A stretch of DNA of 64,000 nt, from NCBI GenBank assembly GCA_052387675.1, contig JBQTIY010000007.1:257544-321543 (forward strand). Direction: 5' to 3'. Of this stretch, positions 20,069 to 29,723 are shown one piece after another. The DNA is from Planctomycetota bacterium (lineage in GTDB: Bacteria > Planctomycetota > B15-G4). The stretch's first letter is position 1. Every line of letters starts with the position of its first letter. Below the pieces are notes generated by a model. The model was not told the DNA's origin and made no database searches. It was given only the letters and a program-made list of their open reading frames with translations. The position numbers and the translations under genes were made by a program.

Positions 20069-20953
20069 TCAACCGGAGGGGAGCCACTCGGCCTCCGCAG
20101 CAGCCTTCCAGGTAGCGGGGTCCTCATCGAGGTCGGCCGCCTCAAGCAGCACGGCATACGAAACCTCCGTCTGGCCCGCAGCGAGAGCTTCAATGCACAA
20201 AGCCCGCAATCCGGCCAGCCCCCTGCGCGCCACGATGCGCCGCACGAGCAGGTAGCCCGCGCCGTAGCGCGATCCCTCCAGAAAGATCCATCGGCGCGAG
20301 TGGAGTTGCACCCGGCCGTCCTCCAGCAGACTGCCGAACCCCTCGCGTCCCCGATCGTCGACCGGCGCGATTTGCACGGAGATCGTCGCGCCGGGCACGT
20401 TCGAATACGGGAGTTGCACCTCGCGGCAGCCCAGTCCGAGCAGCAGGCTTCCCAGTCGCATCTGATGATCTACGGCGAGTAGGCTCGAATCGACGAGAGT
20501 TGGCCCGAGGTCAGCCAAGCCCTCGGACGCCGCCTTCGGTAAGGCGTTCCAGGTCTGATCCTGAAGGAGATGGACCAACTCGTGCAGCATCGCCGAACGC
20601 ATTTCCGCGTCGGTTGGCAGGACGAGCACATGCACGCGGTCATGCGAGTGGCGCGCGATACCGAGGGCCTCATCCCCAAGCGAAATGCCAAGCACCCTCA
20701 GCGCCGGCTCGATCCAAACCTCCACCGGCTGACCGGTGAGTCCTGGCACCAACTCGCGCAGCCGCGGCAAGTCTTGGTCGAGATGGCGCGCGAGCCGCGC
20801 CGCCAACTCGGGATCGTGCGCGCGCACTACGCCCAGCCGCGCCTGCACGGCTGCCGGCGGAACCGCCAGGCAGCCGTGCAGGCAGAGCAGCGCGACCAGA
20901 ACCATGCCGTGCGACCACGACTGCCAAGGCTTGATGTTCGGGCTGCGCAGCAC
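20069..20953 (-). CDS. Putative lipoprotein with an MA-clan zinc-peptidase-like HExxH motif
   Basis: It has a GTG start and the lipobox-like LLCLHGC. The motif HELVH is followed 15 aa later by EGLAD, a gluzincin-like third-ligand spacing. No other recognisable family was seen. Confidence 0.5.
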   Translation of the reverse strand: MLRSPNIKPWQSWSHGMVLVALLCLHGCLAVPPAAVQARLGVVRAHDPELAARLARHLDQDLPRLRELVPGLTGQPVEVWIEPALRVLGISLGDEALGIARHSHDRVHVLVLPTDAEMRSAMLHELVHLLQDQTWNALPKAASEGLADLGPTLVDSSLLAVDHQMRLGSLLLGLGCREVQLPYSNVPGATISVQIAPVDDRGREGFGSLLEDGRVQLHSRRWIFLEGSRYGAGYLLVRRIVARRGLAGLRALCIEALAAGQTEVSYAVLLEAADLDEDPATWKAAAEAEWLPSG

Positions 20954-20955
20954 GC

Positions 20956-21840
20956 TCAGAACTTCACCGTCACCGTCACGGGCTCATCCTGGCTGCGGCC
21001 CGCCTGGCTCAACAGGAGCTCGATGCCCGGCTGCAGTGCCGTGGCGTGCAACTCGGCCACGAGCGTCACCCAGCCGTTCCCCTCGGACACCACGTGGACA
21101 TTGAGCCCGGTGCTGAGGTCCGCCAGCAGATCGCCCTCATGGCTGATAGAGAAGGTGTCGAAGCGCTCGGGCAGCGACGAACGCACCTGCAGCATCCCGC
21201 TGACCACCTCGGTCTCGATGAGGTAGCCCACCGTCACGGCCTCAGGCAACGGCGCCCCCGACCCCGCCTCCAGCACGGCGTGCGTCAGAGACTCGGCGGA
21301 GTACATCGAGTTTGCTTCGCAGCGTAGAAGACTCATGCCTGGCAAACCCAGATTCGGCTCAGGCACCCACAGGCGATGCACGTCGTAGACCTGCGCCTGC
21401 AGCTCGATGTACCCAGGTCCGAGACCGAAGCCACCCAAGCCGGCCGCACCGGGCGCGGCGGTCACATCTCCAGTGAACAGCGTGGGCGCCGGCGGCGAAC
21501 TCTCCGCTGTTGTGGCGTCGAAGCCAGAGGCCGTCGCCGGCACAGGAATGGTGTAAGTGCCCGGCCCCGAAAGCTGCGAGCGCTTACCGACCGGCTCGCC
21601 CGCGGAGTTCTTGGGCTGGAAGTGTGTGGTGTAGCCGGCCGGGATCACGACCGTGGCCGTGCCGCTCTGAATGCTGAGTTCGTAACCAGGTGCCTTGATC
21701 GTGACCGTCGGCGTCTGGCAGCCCACCGTCAGGCTGGCCGCCAACACCAGAATGGCCAGCGTGCCTCGCCTCCCCCAGCGCGCTCCGGCCCAAGCTTGCA
21801 CCTTGCTGCACAGATCCTGCTTGTCTCTGTTCATCATCAT
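20956..21840 (-). CDS. Hypothetical lipoprotein
   Basis: The start ATGATGATG at 21840 is preceded by AGGGGAGA. The lipobox is LAASLTVGC. It is beta-rich with no recognisable domain, and only 2 nt separate it from the downstream gene. Confidence 0.55.
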   Translation of the reverse strand: MMMNRDKQDLCSKVQAWAGARWGRRGTLAILVLAASLTVGCQTPTVTIKAPGYELSIQSGTATVVIPAGYTTHFQPKNSAGEPVGKRSQLSGPGTYTIPVPATASGFDATTAESSPPAPTLFTGDVTAAPGAAGLGGFGLGPGYIELQAQVYDVHRLWVPEPNLGLPGMSLLRCEANSMYSAESLTHAVLEAGSGAPLPEAVTVGYLIETEVVSGMLQVRSSLPERFDTFSISHEGDLLADLSTGLNVHVVSEGNGWVTLVAELHATALQPGIELLLSQAGRSQDEPVTVTVKF

Positions 21841-22024
21841 TCTCCCCTGAAGCCCCAGTTCCGGCGGCGGCGGCCGCCCTCGGCCGCCAGACTCCGCCAC
21901 GGGCAGGAGTCGGCGCGCAGCGGACTTCGTTACGGCTCAACAGCGACACAGCGCGGCTCGGCCTGGGCTGGCCGACTCGGCGCGCACCAAGCCAAAACAC
22001 CAACACGCGGCGTAGGCGGCCTGC

Positions 22025-22519
22025 CTAGTAACGGCCGGCGGCGTTGGCGAAGCCGGCCTCATCGAAGCGCACCCAGTAACGGGCGTGCCACAGACCCTGC
22101 GGCTCCCAGATCAAGGTGTGCCCACCGGGCGGACCCTGATCGCGCACGCGCGTGGGGTGCGACAAGAAGCACCAGATGACTTCGCGCACGCTCATGCCCA
22201 CCACCACTTGATGCGCGAGCAGGCGCTCGTGCCGGCCCGGCGGCAAAGCCTCCACGCCGAGCGCGGCGCCCTGACCGGCCAGTTCCAGCTCGAGCTCCCT
22301 GACGAGCGTGTGACTCGCCAGGGCATCGACCGCGCGCTGCGGCACCTCCAACAGCAGCGTGTCCACCACTTGATTGGGCGGCGGATCGTGCGGCGGCAGG
22401 CGCGGCTCGTAGAGCGAACAGCCTGCGAGCGTGCAGATCGGGAGCAAAATCAGGGCCCGGCCGAGGCTCAGAGCTCGCCAGGGCGAGCGACCAGCAGACT
22501 GTCTTCGAGGGGGACTCAT
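22025..22519 (-). CDS. Hypothetical lipoprotein (164 aa)
   Basis: An internal ATG at 22519 gives MSPPRRQSAGRSPWRALSLGRALILLPICTLAGC (lipobox). The upstream part of ORF 22025..22930 is shadow sequence opposite the IMPase gene. Confidence 0.55.
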   Translation of the reverse strand: MSPPRRQSAGRSPWRALSLGRALILLPICTLAGCSLYEPRLPPHDPPPNQVVDTLLLEVPQRAVDALASHTLVRELELELAGQGAALGVEALPPGRHERLLAHQVVVGMSVREVIWCFLSHPTRVRDQGPPGGHTLIWEPQGLWHARYWVRFDEAGFANAAGRY

Positions 22520-22546
22520 GCTGCGCGCATCATAGAATCGCCGGCG

Positions 22547-23422
22547 ATGACCGCCACGCCTCTCCTGCCGCCCGACCACACCTCTCTCTATGACATCGAG
22601 GAGCAGGCGGTCGCGATCGTGCAGCGCGTGGCCCGCCAACTCGTGCTGCCCAGCTTCGGGGGCCTGGGCGCCCACCACTGGGTCAGCCACACCCAGGTGC
22701 ATACGGCCGCCGACGAAATCGCCGGCAGCGCGCTGCATGAGGCCTTCTCGGCCGCCTTCCCCGAACACGGCTTGGTCATCGAGGACCGCCCCACCATCGC
22801 GGGCAGCGGGCGCTGGGAGTGGTTTATCGATCCGATCGACGGCAGCGCGAACCACTTGCGCGGCATCCCTTATGTCTCCGTGTCGGCCGGGCTGTGCTGC
22901 GACGGCGAGCCGGTCGTGGGCGTCGTGCACGACCTGCTGCGCGACCAGACGCTCTCGGCGTGCCGCGGCGGCGGTGCACGCCTGCGCCTAGCTTCCGGCG
23001 ACACGCGCCCGGCACGCGTCGCGCGCACGAGCGGCCTGCGCAACGCGATGATCATCGCGCACCTCTCGCGCCGCGGGCCCTTGGTCAACATCCCCGGCGC
23101 GCTGCATCGCATCCTCTGGCAGACGCGCAAGATCCGCTGCATGGGTTCGATCGCGCTGGACTTGGCGCTGCTCGCCGCCGGTGAAGCCGACTTGCTCATC
23201 GTGGGGCGCGGCGGTCCGCAGCGCATGCTCGACATCCAGGGCGGGCTGGTCGTGCTGGCCGAGGCCGGCGGCGTGGTCATGACCGCCGCCGGCGGCCCGA
23301 TCTCGGCGCAAACTCGCACTCTGCTCGCCGGCCCGCCTGATCTGTGCCGGCTCTTCGTGGAGCAGATGTCGGCTTACGACCTCGAGGGCTGGCGGCAGGA
23401 ACAGGCGCAAGCGCCGGACTGA
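22547..23422 (+). CDS. Inositol monophosphatase-family phosphatase
   Basis: The start is ATG 22547 (MTATPLL). Motifs are WFIDPIDGSANHLRG and GSIALDLALLAAGEAD. The upstream part of ORF 22085.. is antisense shadow. Confidence 0.85.
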   Translation: MTATPLLPPDHTSLYDIEEQAVAIVQRVARQLVLPSFGGLGAHHWVSHTQVHTAADEIAGSALHEAFSAAFPEHGLVIEDRPTIAGSGRWEWFIDPIDGSANHLRGIPYVSVSAGLCCDGEPVVGVVHDLLRDQTLSACRGGGARLRLASGDTRPARVARTSGLRNAMIIAHLSRRGPLVNIPGALHRILWQTRKIRCMGSIALDLALLAAGEADLLIVGRGGPQRMLDIQGGLVVLAEAGGVVMTAAGGPISAQTRTLLAGPPDLCRLFVEQMSAYDLEGWRQEQAQAPD

Positions 23423-23540
23423 GGCTGCGCGGAGGCCGGCCGAGCGCAAACGGTGCCGGGGCCGCGTCACCACCGCGCCATGGTCTTCGGCGGCCGCAAC
23501 GCTCCCGCGCGCAAGCCCCTTTCCAGTATCGTGGGCCGCC

Positions 23541-26500
23541 ATGGAACGTCGCGGCACTTTGCTACTGGTTGCTCTGGGAATGCTGCTCGTCCTGGGACTC
23601 GGCCTCTGGCTGATCCTCGACGGCAGCGCCGACTCCGCCGACGACAATTCGTCGGCCACCTCCCTCTCCGCGGGCGACACCGCGGCGACTCCGGCCATGG
23701 CGCTGCCAGCGGTTGGCGCGCGCCCGGTGGAGTCGCATGCCGGTCTGCCCGATTTGGCAGCCGCCGTACCGGACGCCACGGCGCGCAGCGGCCCGCCGGA
23801 GAGCTACAAGCGCGCGCTCGGCGGCCTCAAGGGCCGCGTGCTGCAGGCCGTCGAAGGCAGCGCGGACGGCGGCTCCCCCGTCGTCGGCATGACGGTGGCC
23901 GTCGCCGGCGCTCGCGAGTCGAGCTTCCTGCTGCCGCAGGACGCGTTGCTCAATCCTGAACGCCTCGAGATGAATCTCATCGCCGGTGAGGCTGTCACCG
24001 ACCACGAAGGCCGCTTCCTGATCGAGAGCCTGGATCCGCGCACGCTGGGCGCGCTGATGCTCGATCCGGGCGGGCCGCGCGCCAGCTTCCGCATGCTGGA
24101 GATCACGCCGGCCAGCGGCATCGTCTTGGATCTGGGCGACATCATCCTGCCGCGCTGCGCGACGCTGGTCGGGCTCGTCGTGGACGAGCGCAGCAAGCCG
24201 ATTCGCAATGCGCGCGTGCGCGTCCTCGAGTTGCCGCCGCTGCCGATCCCCAGCGACATCGTGGCCACGGTGGCGGACTACCGCGCCGGCAGCGCCATTG
24301 TCGTGCCAGAAGGCACCGATGGGCTGGACGAGACGGTGATTTTCCAGCCGCCCGCTTCGCTCGCCCGCCACGAACGCCTGCTTCCCGTGCCCACGACCTT
24401 CACCGACGCCGAAGGGCGCTTCGTGCTGCCCGGCGTGCCCCCGGGGCTGGTGGCACTGGCCATCGACCACATTTCCTTTTTGCCCTTCGCGCAGCTCTCG
24501 GTGCCCACAGGCGCAGCCGGCGGCGAGCGCGACCTGGGCCAGCTCATGCTGGGCGATGGCCTCACGCTGTCGATCACCACGGAGGACGACCGCGGTCAGC
24601 AAGTGATGTGCGCCGAGGTCCTCGCCGGCAACCGCCTGAGCATCGCGCCCGTAGGCTTGCTGCGCGGCACCGCTCTGCAGCAGGCGGCTGATCGCCACGA
24701 AGTGCGCGGCCTCAAGCCCGGCGATGGCTGGGTCGCCGCGCGGCGCAGCACCCAAGACGACTTCGTCGTGGTGGAAGTCCCGGACATGTCCGCGGGCAAG
24801 GCCGTGGTGCGCTTCCCCACTCCGCGCCAAGCCACCTTCACCGTGCTGGACGAGAGCGGCGCGCCGATCCAAAGCGCGCGCATCTTCGGCCGGCCGCTCA
24901 GCGCCGAGGGCGATGATGCGCCCGACTTCATCGTGCCGCCGCAGTCACTGGAGAAGCGCAGCTCGCAGCCCAAGCCCGGCCAGTACGTCCTGACTGGCCT
25001 GCGCCCGGGCGGCTGGCAGCTCGTGGCGATCGCGCCCGGCTACGGGCAGCGCCGGGCCTGGGTGGATCTGGCCACGGAAGATGGCAGCGTCGAAGTGCGC
25101 CTGCCGATTGGCCTGGGCGTCTCAGCGCGCGTCGTGCGTGCCGCCGACAACACGCCGGTAGAGCACTGCCGCGTGGATGCCTTCGTGCAGGGCGAGGACT
25201 GGAATCCGATCGGCCGGGCTCCGCTCACCTCAGCGATGACGGATGCCGAAGGGCGCGTGCGCCTGCCCGACCTGCCCGCCGGCACGATCCGGCTGCAGGC
25301 CACGTACCCCGGCCTCGCCGTGGGCAGCCATCGCGTCGAACTCGCCGCGGACGGGAAACTGACCGCCAGCACGACGACCGTGGGCGCGACCAGCACCGTC
25401 AGCGCCGTGCAGGAGGTCATGCTCCCGCTGGTCGGCGGCGGCAGTCTCTTTGGCGTCGTGCTGGAGCAAGGCCGTGCGCCCGAAGAGCCGCTGCTCGTCA
25501 TCCTGAACCAGGGCGACTCCTCAGGTGACGGTGAGATGCCGCGCTTCACGCTCACCGACCTCGACGGCGAGTTCCGCTTCGAAGACCTCGAACCCGGCGA
25601 AGCGGAAATCGAAGTGCGGCCGCGCCTGAATCTCAGCGGCGGCGCCGGCATGATGATGTTCGCCAGCTTCTTTGAATCGCCGCTCGCGGAAGGGGAAGTG
25701 GAGATTGAAGAGGACCGCGAATCCTCCATCACGCTCACGCTCGGCGACCAGTTGGCCGGCAAAGAGGTCGCCCAGGTTTCGGGCCAGCTCTTCGTGAACG
25801 GACGCGCCACCGAGGGCTGGACCGTGGCGGTGTGGGGCGACGTGCGCCGCATGGAGACCACCGACAGCTCCGGACGCTTCGACCTCGGCAAGATCGTGGC
25901 CGGCGACGCCCATCTGTGGATCAACGCGGCCGGCTCGAACTTCGGCAGTCCCGTGCATTCGGTCCAGCTCAAGCTGGAGCCCGATGAACATCGCGTGCTC
26001 GACCTGCACCTGGAAGTCGGCAGCCTCTCGGGGCGCGTGCTCTCGGCGCTGGATGGACAGCCGCTGGTGGGCATCTCGGTAAATGCCCAAGAGGAAGGCG
26101 CGGAGCAGGGCTGGTTCGGCGGACCGGACACGTCCACGGATGCCGAGGGCCGCTTCCGGATCGAACCCGTGAAGGCGGGCAGCTATCGCCTCAGTGCGAG
26201 CGGCCAGGGCTGGGCCCAGGCTCGCACCGAGGTTTTCTCGCTGAGCGGCCTGCAAGAACGCTCGGGACTGGAGTTGCGCCTCACGCGCGCGCTGAAGCTC
26301 GCCGGCACAGTGAGCTTCGAGGGACTCGTCGAGGAGCCGCGCTGGGTTTGGATGACCGCCCAATCCAAGAACGGCGGCAGCGAAACCAACGCCGAAGTGG
26401 ACCGCATCCAGGGCACGCAGGATTGGCGCTTCAGCTTCGATGAACTGGACGCGGGCGTGTGGATCATTGAGGCCCACGTGGCCAACAGCCCGCACGCCTT

Positions 26501-26630
26501 CGCGAGCCAAGAGCTCTCGGTGAGCGCCGACAACAGCAACCTGCGGCTGCATTTCGTGCCCGCGCCTCCGCCGCCCCCGCCGCCGCCGGAAGCAGAAGAG
26601 GCGCTCAAGAGCGCCGGCTACATCAAGTAG
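23541..26630 (+). CDS. N-terminally anchored giant protein with ~8-9 carboxypeptidase-regulatory-like (CarboxypepD_reg) beta-sandwich repeats and a poly-proline tail
   Basis: It has the TM segment LLLVALGMLLVLGLGLWLIL. The signature (T/S)D..GRF....L..G recurs (TDHEGRFLIESL, TDAEGRFVLPGVPPG, TDAEGRVRLPDLPAG, TDLDGEFRFEDLEPG, TDSSGRFDLGKIVAG, TDAEGRFRIEPVKAGSYRL). The C-terminus is PAPPPPPPPPEAEEALKSAGYIK. Confidence 0.75.
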   Translation: MERRGTLLLVALGMLLVLGLGLWLILDGSADSADDNSSATSLSAGDTAATPAMALPAVGARPVESHAGLPDLAAAVPDATARSGPPESYKRALGGLKGRVLQAVEGSADGGSPVVGMTVAVAGARESSFLLPQDALLNPERLEMNLIAGEAVTDHEGRFLIESLDPRTLGALMLDPGGPRASFRMLEITPASGIVLDLGDIILPRCATLVGLVVDERSKPIRNARVRVLELPPLPIPSDIVATVADYRAGSAIVVPEGTDGLDETVIFQPPASLARHERLLPVPTTFTDAEGRFVLPGVPPGLVALAIDHISFLPFAQLSVPTGAAGGERDLGQLMLGDGLTLSITTEDDRGQQVMCAEVLAGNRLSIAPVGLLRGTALQQAADRHEVRGLKPGDGWVAARRSTQDDFVVVEVPDMSAGKAVVRFPTPRQATFTVLDESGAPIQSARIFGRPLSAEGDDAPDFIVPPQSLEKRSSQPKPGQYVLTGLRPGGWQLVAIAPGYGQRRAWVDLATEDGSVEVRLPIGLGVSARVVRAADNTPVEHCRVDAFVQGEDWNPIGRAPLTSAMTDAEGRVRLPDLPAGTIRLQATYPGLAVGSHRVELAADGKLTASTTTVGATSTVSAVQEVMLPLVGGGSLFGVVLEQGRAPEEPLLVILNQGDSSGDGEMPRFTLTDLDGEFRFEDLEPGEAEIEVRPRLNLSGGAGMMMFASFFESPLAEGEVEIEEDRESSITLTLGDQLAGKEVAQVSGQLFVNGRATEGWTVAVWGDVRRMETTDSSGRFDLGKIVAGDAHLWINAAGSNFGSPVHSVQLKLEPDEHRVLDLHLEVGSLSGRVLSALDGQPLVGISVNAQEEGAEQGWFGGPDTSTDAEGRFRIEPVKAGSYRLSASGQGWAQARTEVFSLSGLQERSGLELRLTRALKLAGTVSFEGLVEEPRWVWMTAQSKNGGSETNAEVDRIQGTQDWRFSFDELDAGVWIIEAHVANSPHAFASQELSVSADNSNLRLHFVPAPPPPPPPPEAEEALKSAGYIK

Positions 26631-26676
26631 CGCCAAGTAGCGCCAAGTAGCGCCGGACGCGCGCCCGGCGCCGCGC

Positions 26677-28524
26677 CTAGATCGGCTGCAAGCGCGGGAA
26701 GAGCCGGCGCAGCGCCTCGCGCAGCCAGCCGTCGCTGCTCTCATCCACAACCGGCGGCTCATCGTCGTCGCCGCCGTCGCGCCGGTCGCGGCTGATGATC
26801 AGGATGCGTGCCCGCGAAATGGCGTTGTGCGCCAAGGGGCTGTCCACGCCGCGGATGCCTTCGCTCTCCGGCGTCACGTCGTGCAGCACGATGTGCACGC
26901 CCTGCACGCCGAGGAAGTCCTGCTCGGCCACGGCCGCCGGCTCGGTCCGCCGCACGTGCCGCTCCACCAAGCGCTCAAGCACGTCACGCACCTGCTGGGC
27001 GGTCACCGCGTCTTCGATGTAGAAGACATCGATGCCGGCGCGCGCCATGACTTCGTGCAGAAAGCGGCGTAGGCGCGTGCCGAGCACGGACTGATAGGAC
27101 TGGCCATAAGTCATCGCAGGCGGGCGGTCGCCCTCGCTGCGATCGTCGTCACGGGTGAGCCCCACCACCATCCAGCATTGCGGCACCAGAAAGGTGCCTT
27201 CGCCGCGGTCGCCGAAGCGCGGCCGCGCGGCGGCCAGCAGCCGCTCGATCGCCGCGATCGCGCGCCGGCCCTTGTCGCGCTCATCGGCCTCATCCAGCAC
27301 CAGAGCCGGGTCAGGAGCGAGCAGGAAGAGCGCGGCCGGCACACGCGCCAGTGGCACCGGGCAGGGCGGCATGAGGCCGGCCGGAATGCCGACGAGCAGA
27401 TCAGCATCCTCAGCCGAGGGCATGCTCTCGGAGACGATCAGCCGCCAGCCGGCGCGTTCGATCGCAAGGTGTTCGGCCTGCAGGCTGCCGCCCTCGGGAC
27501 CGGGCGCTGCCCAGAGCACGCGACTGCGCTCGAAGGCTGGATCGAAAAGCCGCCGGCGCCGGTTGAACTCCGCCGTGGCCAGCACCATGCCGCCAGTGAA
27601 GAGCCAGGCCGCCGACCAGCCGTAGACGGCCACCAGCAGATCGGTGAGCGGCGTGGCGCTGAGCTCGCCGGCCGCGGCGCGCGGCGGCGCGAGCAGGGCC
27701 ACGACGAGCAGCGCCAAAAGAGCCAGCAGCCGGTGCGTGTCGCGAATGAGTTCGCCCACCGGCGCGGTGCGCGGCCGGCTGTCCTTGCCGAAAGCAATGT
27801 TCAGCCACGGCGCGCCCGGCGGGTCCACGGCGCGCAGCACCGTGGGCAGCACGGCCGCGAAACCCAGCGCGGCGAGGCAACCCTGAATCCCCGCGGCCCG
27901 ATGCAGCGCCATGAGCAAAAGCGTGAGCAGCACGAGGCCGCCGGCCACCCTGCTGGCCCGCCAGAGCCCGCGCAGGCGCGTGCGCCCCTTGATGACCTCG
28001 AGCAGTCCGAGCAGGATCGCCGGCGTCTGCACCAGAATGCCGGTCAGCAGCAGCACCCACACCGCGCCGAGCAGCAGCACGTGTGCGGTGTACAGGCCGG
28101 GCCGGCGCAGCGCGAGGAGCAAGTCGCGCAGCAGGCCGTCGGCGGGCAGCAGCACCACCGCCGCAAGCAGGGCGGTGATGACCGCGCGGCGCAGCGTCGT
28201 GAAGGCCGGCAGGCGCGGATGCCGCTGCGGATGGAAGTCCAGCCCCAGGCTGAGCACGAGCCGGCCGCGCAGCCGCTGCACTGCGCCCAGCACCGTCTCC
28301 AGCAGGCCGCTGGTGAGCGGCAGGCTGCGGCGCCTCAGCAGCGAGCAGCCCACCAGGAAGAGTCCCGGCAGCAGCAGCACCAAGAGCACCGCATCCACGT
28401 CATCCGTGGCACGCGGTCCGGCCAGCTCGATGATCGCCACCGCCAGCAGCAGCAGCAGGATCTCCCCGTTGCCCGCCAGAGAGCGCAGGCGTGAGAGGAC
28501 CGGCGAGCGAAGCAGGGCGCGCAT
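26677..28524 (-). CDS. Polytopic membrane protein with a ~300-aa C-terminal soluble domain of unknown function
   Basis: 615 aa. The N-terminal ~310 aa hold at least 8 hydrophobic segments. The C-terminal domain (FLVPQCWMVVGLTRDDD, GIDVFYIEDAVTAQQVRDVLERL) matches nothing I recognise. Codon usage and length support a real gene. Confidence 0.6.
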   Translation of the reverse strand: MRALLRSPVLSRLRSLAGNGEILLLLLAVAIIELAGPRATDDVDAVLLVLLLPGLFLVGCSLLRRRSLPLTSGLLETVLGAVQRLRGRLVLSLGLDFHPQRHPRLPAFTTLRRAVITALLAAVVLLPADGLLRDLLLALRRPGLYTAHVLLLGAVWVLLLTGILVQTPAILLGLLEVIKGRTRLRGLWRASRVAGGLVLLTLLLMALHRAAGIQGCLAALGFAAVLPTVLRAVDPPGAPWLNIAFGKDSRPRTAPVGELIRDTHRLLALLALLVVALLAPPRAAAGELSATPLTDLLVAVYGWSAAWLFTGGMVLATAEFNRRRRLFDPAFERSRVLWAAPGPEGGSLQAEHLAIERAGWRLIVSESMPSAEDADLLVGIPAGLMPPCPVPLARVPAALFLLAPDPALVLDEADERDKGRRAIAAIERLLAAARPRFGDRGEGTFLVPQCWMVVGLTRDDDRSEGDRPPAMTYGQSYQSVLGTRLRRFLHEVMARAGIDVFYIEDAVTAQQVRDVLERLVERHVRRTEPAAVAEQDFLGVQGVHIVLHDVTPESEGIRGVDSPLAHNAISRARILIISRDRRDGGDDDEPPVVDESSDGWLREALRRLFPRLQPI

Positions 28525-28562
28525 GCCGGCATCTTAGCGGCGCAGCCTAGAATGCGCCGCTG

Positions 28563-29252
28563 ATGCCCACGCCCCGCGCCATCTTGCTCGATCTCGATGG
28601 CACCCTCATCGATGCCACCGACGCGCTCGCGGCCGGCATTCTCGAGCTGGCCGCGGAGGAAGGCCTCACCCCGCCGGGAGCCGCGGGCGGGCCAGGCGCT
28701 GCAGCCGCCGCTCAGGCTTGGGCGCGCGGCCGCGTGGGTTTTTCGCCTTACGAAACCTGGGCGCTGCTCGGCGCACGCGACCCCGAGGCGCTCGTCGGCC
28801 GCTTTCGCGCGCGCTACTTGCCGGGTCTGCCGGCGCGCACGCGCGTGATGGACGGGGCCCTCGCAGCACTCACGGCGCTCTCGGACGCCGGTCACCTGCT
28901 CGCCGTCGCCACCACACGGACCACCGACAGCGCCCGCGACACGCTGGCCCACGCGCAGTTGCTGCCCTTCATACGTTTCGTGGGCGGCGGCGATCTCGTT
29001 GAGCGCCACAAGCCGGCCCCCGATGTGCTGCTGCTGGCCCTGCGCGCGCTGAATTGCGCACCGCACGAGGCGCTCATGGTGGGCGATACGGCCGCCGACG
29101 TCTTGGCCGCCCGCGCGGCCGGCTGCCCCTGCTGGGCGGTGCTGGGCGGCACCCACGACGAGCAGACATTGCGCGAATCGGGCGCTGACCGCATCCTGTT
29201 TGGCGGGATCGCGGATCTGCCCGCGGCCCTCGCACGCCACGGGAGAGAGTGA
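28563..29252 (+). CDS. HAD-superfamily hydrolase (phosphoglycolate-phosphatase-like)
   Basis: Motif I is LLDLDGTLID, motif II is VATTR and motif IV is MVGDTAADVLAARAAG. Confidence 0.85.
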   Translation: MPTPRAILLDLDGTLIDATDALAAGILELAAEEGLTPPGAAGGPGAAAAAQAWARGRVGFSPYETWALLGARDPEALVGRFRARYLPGLPARTRVMDGALAALTALSDAGHLLAVATTRTTDSARDTLAHAQLLPFIRFVGGGDLVERHKPAPDVLLLALRALNCAPHEALMVGDTAADVLAARAAGCPCWAVLGGTHDEQTLRESGADRILFGGIADLPAALARHGRE

Positions 29253-29255
29253 CCT

Positions 29256-29723
29256 ATGTTTTGGAAAAAGAAGAGTGGAATGCTGAAGGTGGGCGACAAG
29301 GCCCCCGACTTTCATGTGCTGGATCACGAGGGCCGGCCGGTGAGCTTGGCAAGCTTCGCCGGCCAGCGCGTCTTGGTGTGGTTCTATCCCAAGGCCGACA
29401 CGCCGGGCTGCACGCTGGAGGGGCAGGGCTTCCGCGACCGCAGCGCGCAGATGCGCGCCGTCGGCGAGATCGTAGGCGTCTCTTTCGATGAGCCGGCCGC
29501 GAACAAGGCCTTCGTGGAGAAGCATCGCTTCCCCTTCCGGCTGCTCTGCGATCCGAGCAAGGCCATGAGCATGGCCTACGGCGCCTGCGCCGACGCCAGC
29601 GCCAAGTATCCCGACCGCATCACCTACATCATCGACAAGGACGGCGTCATTGAGTACGCCGAGAAAGTCACCGACATTGCGGCGCACGTTGATGCGGCCA
29701 CTGCACGGATGTGCGACGTATGA
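29256..29723 (+). CDS. bcp: Peroxiredoxin, Bcp type
   Basis: It has KVGDKAPDF, WFYPKADTPGCTLE (peroxidatic Cys) and GVSFDEPAANKAF. Confidence 0.9.
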   Translation: MFWKKKSGMLKVGDKAPDFHVLDHEGRPVSLASFAGQRVLVWFYPKADTPGCTLEGQGFRDRSAQMRAVGEIVGVSFDEPAANKAFVEKHRFPFRLLCDPSKAMSMAYGACADASAKYPDRITYIIDKDGVIEYAEKVTDIAAHVDAATARMCDV

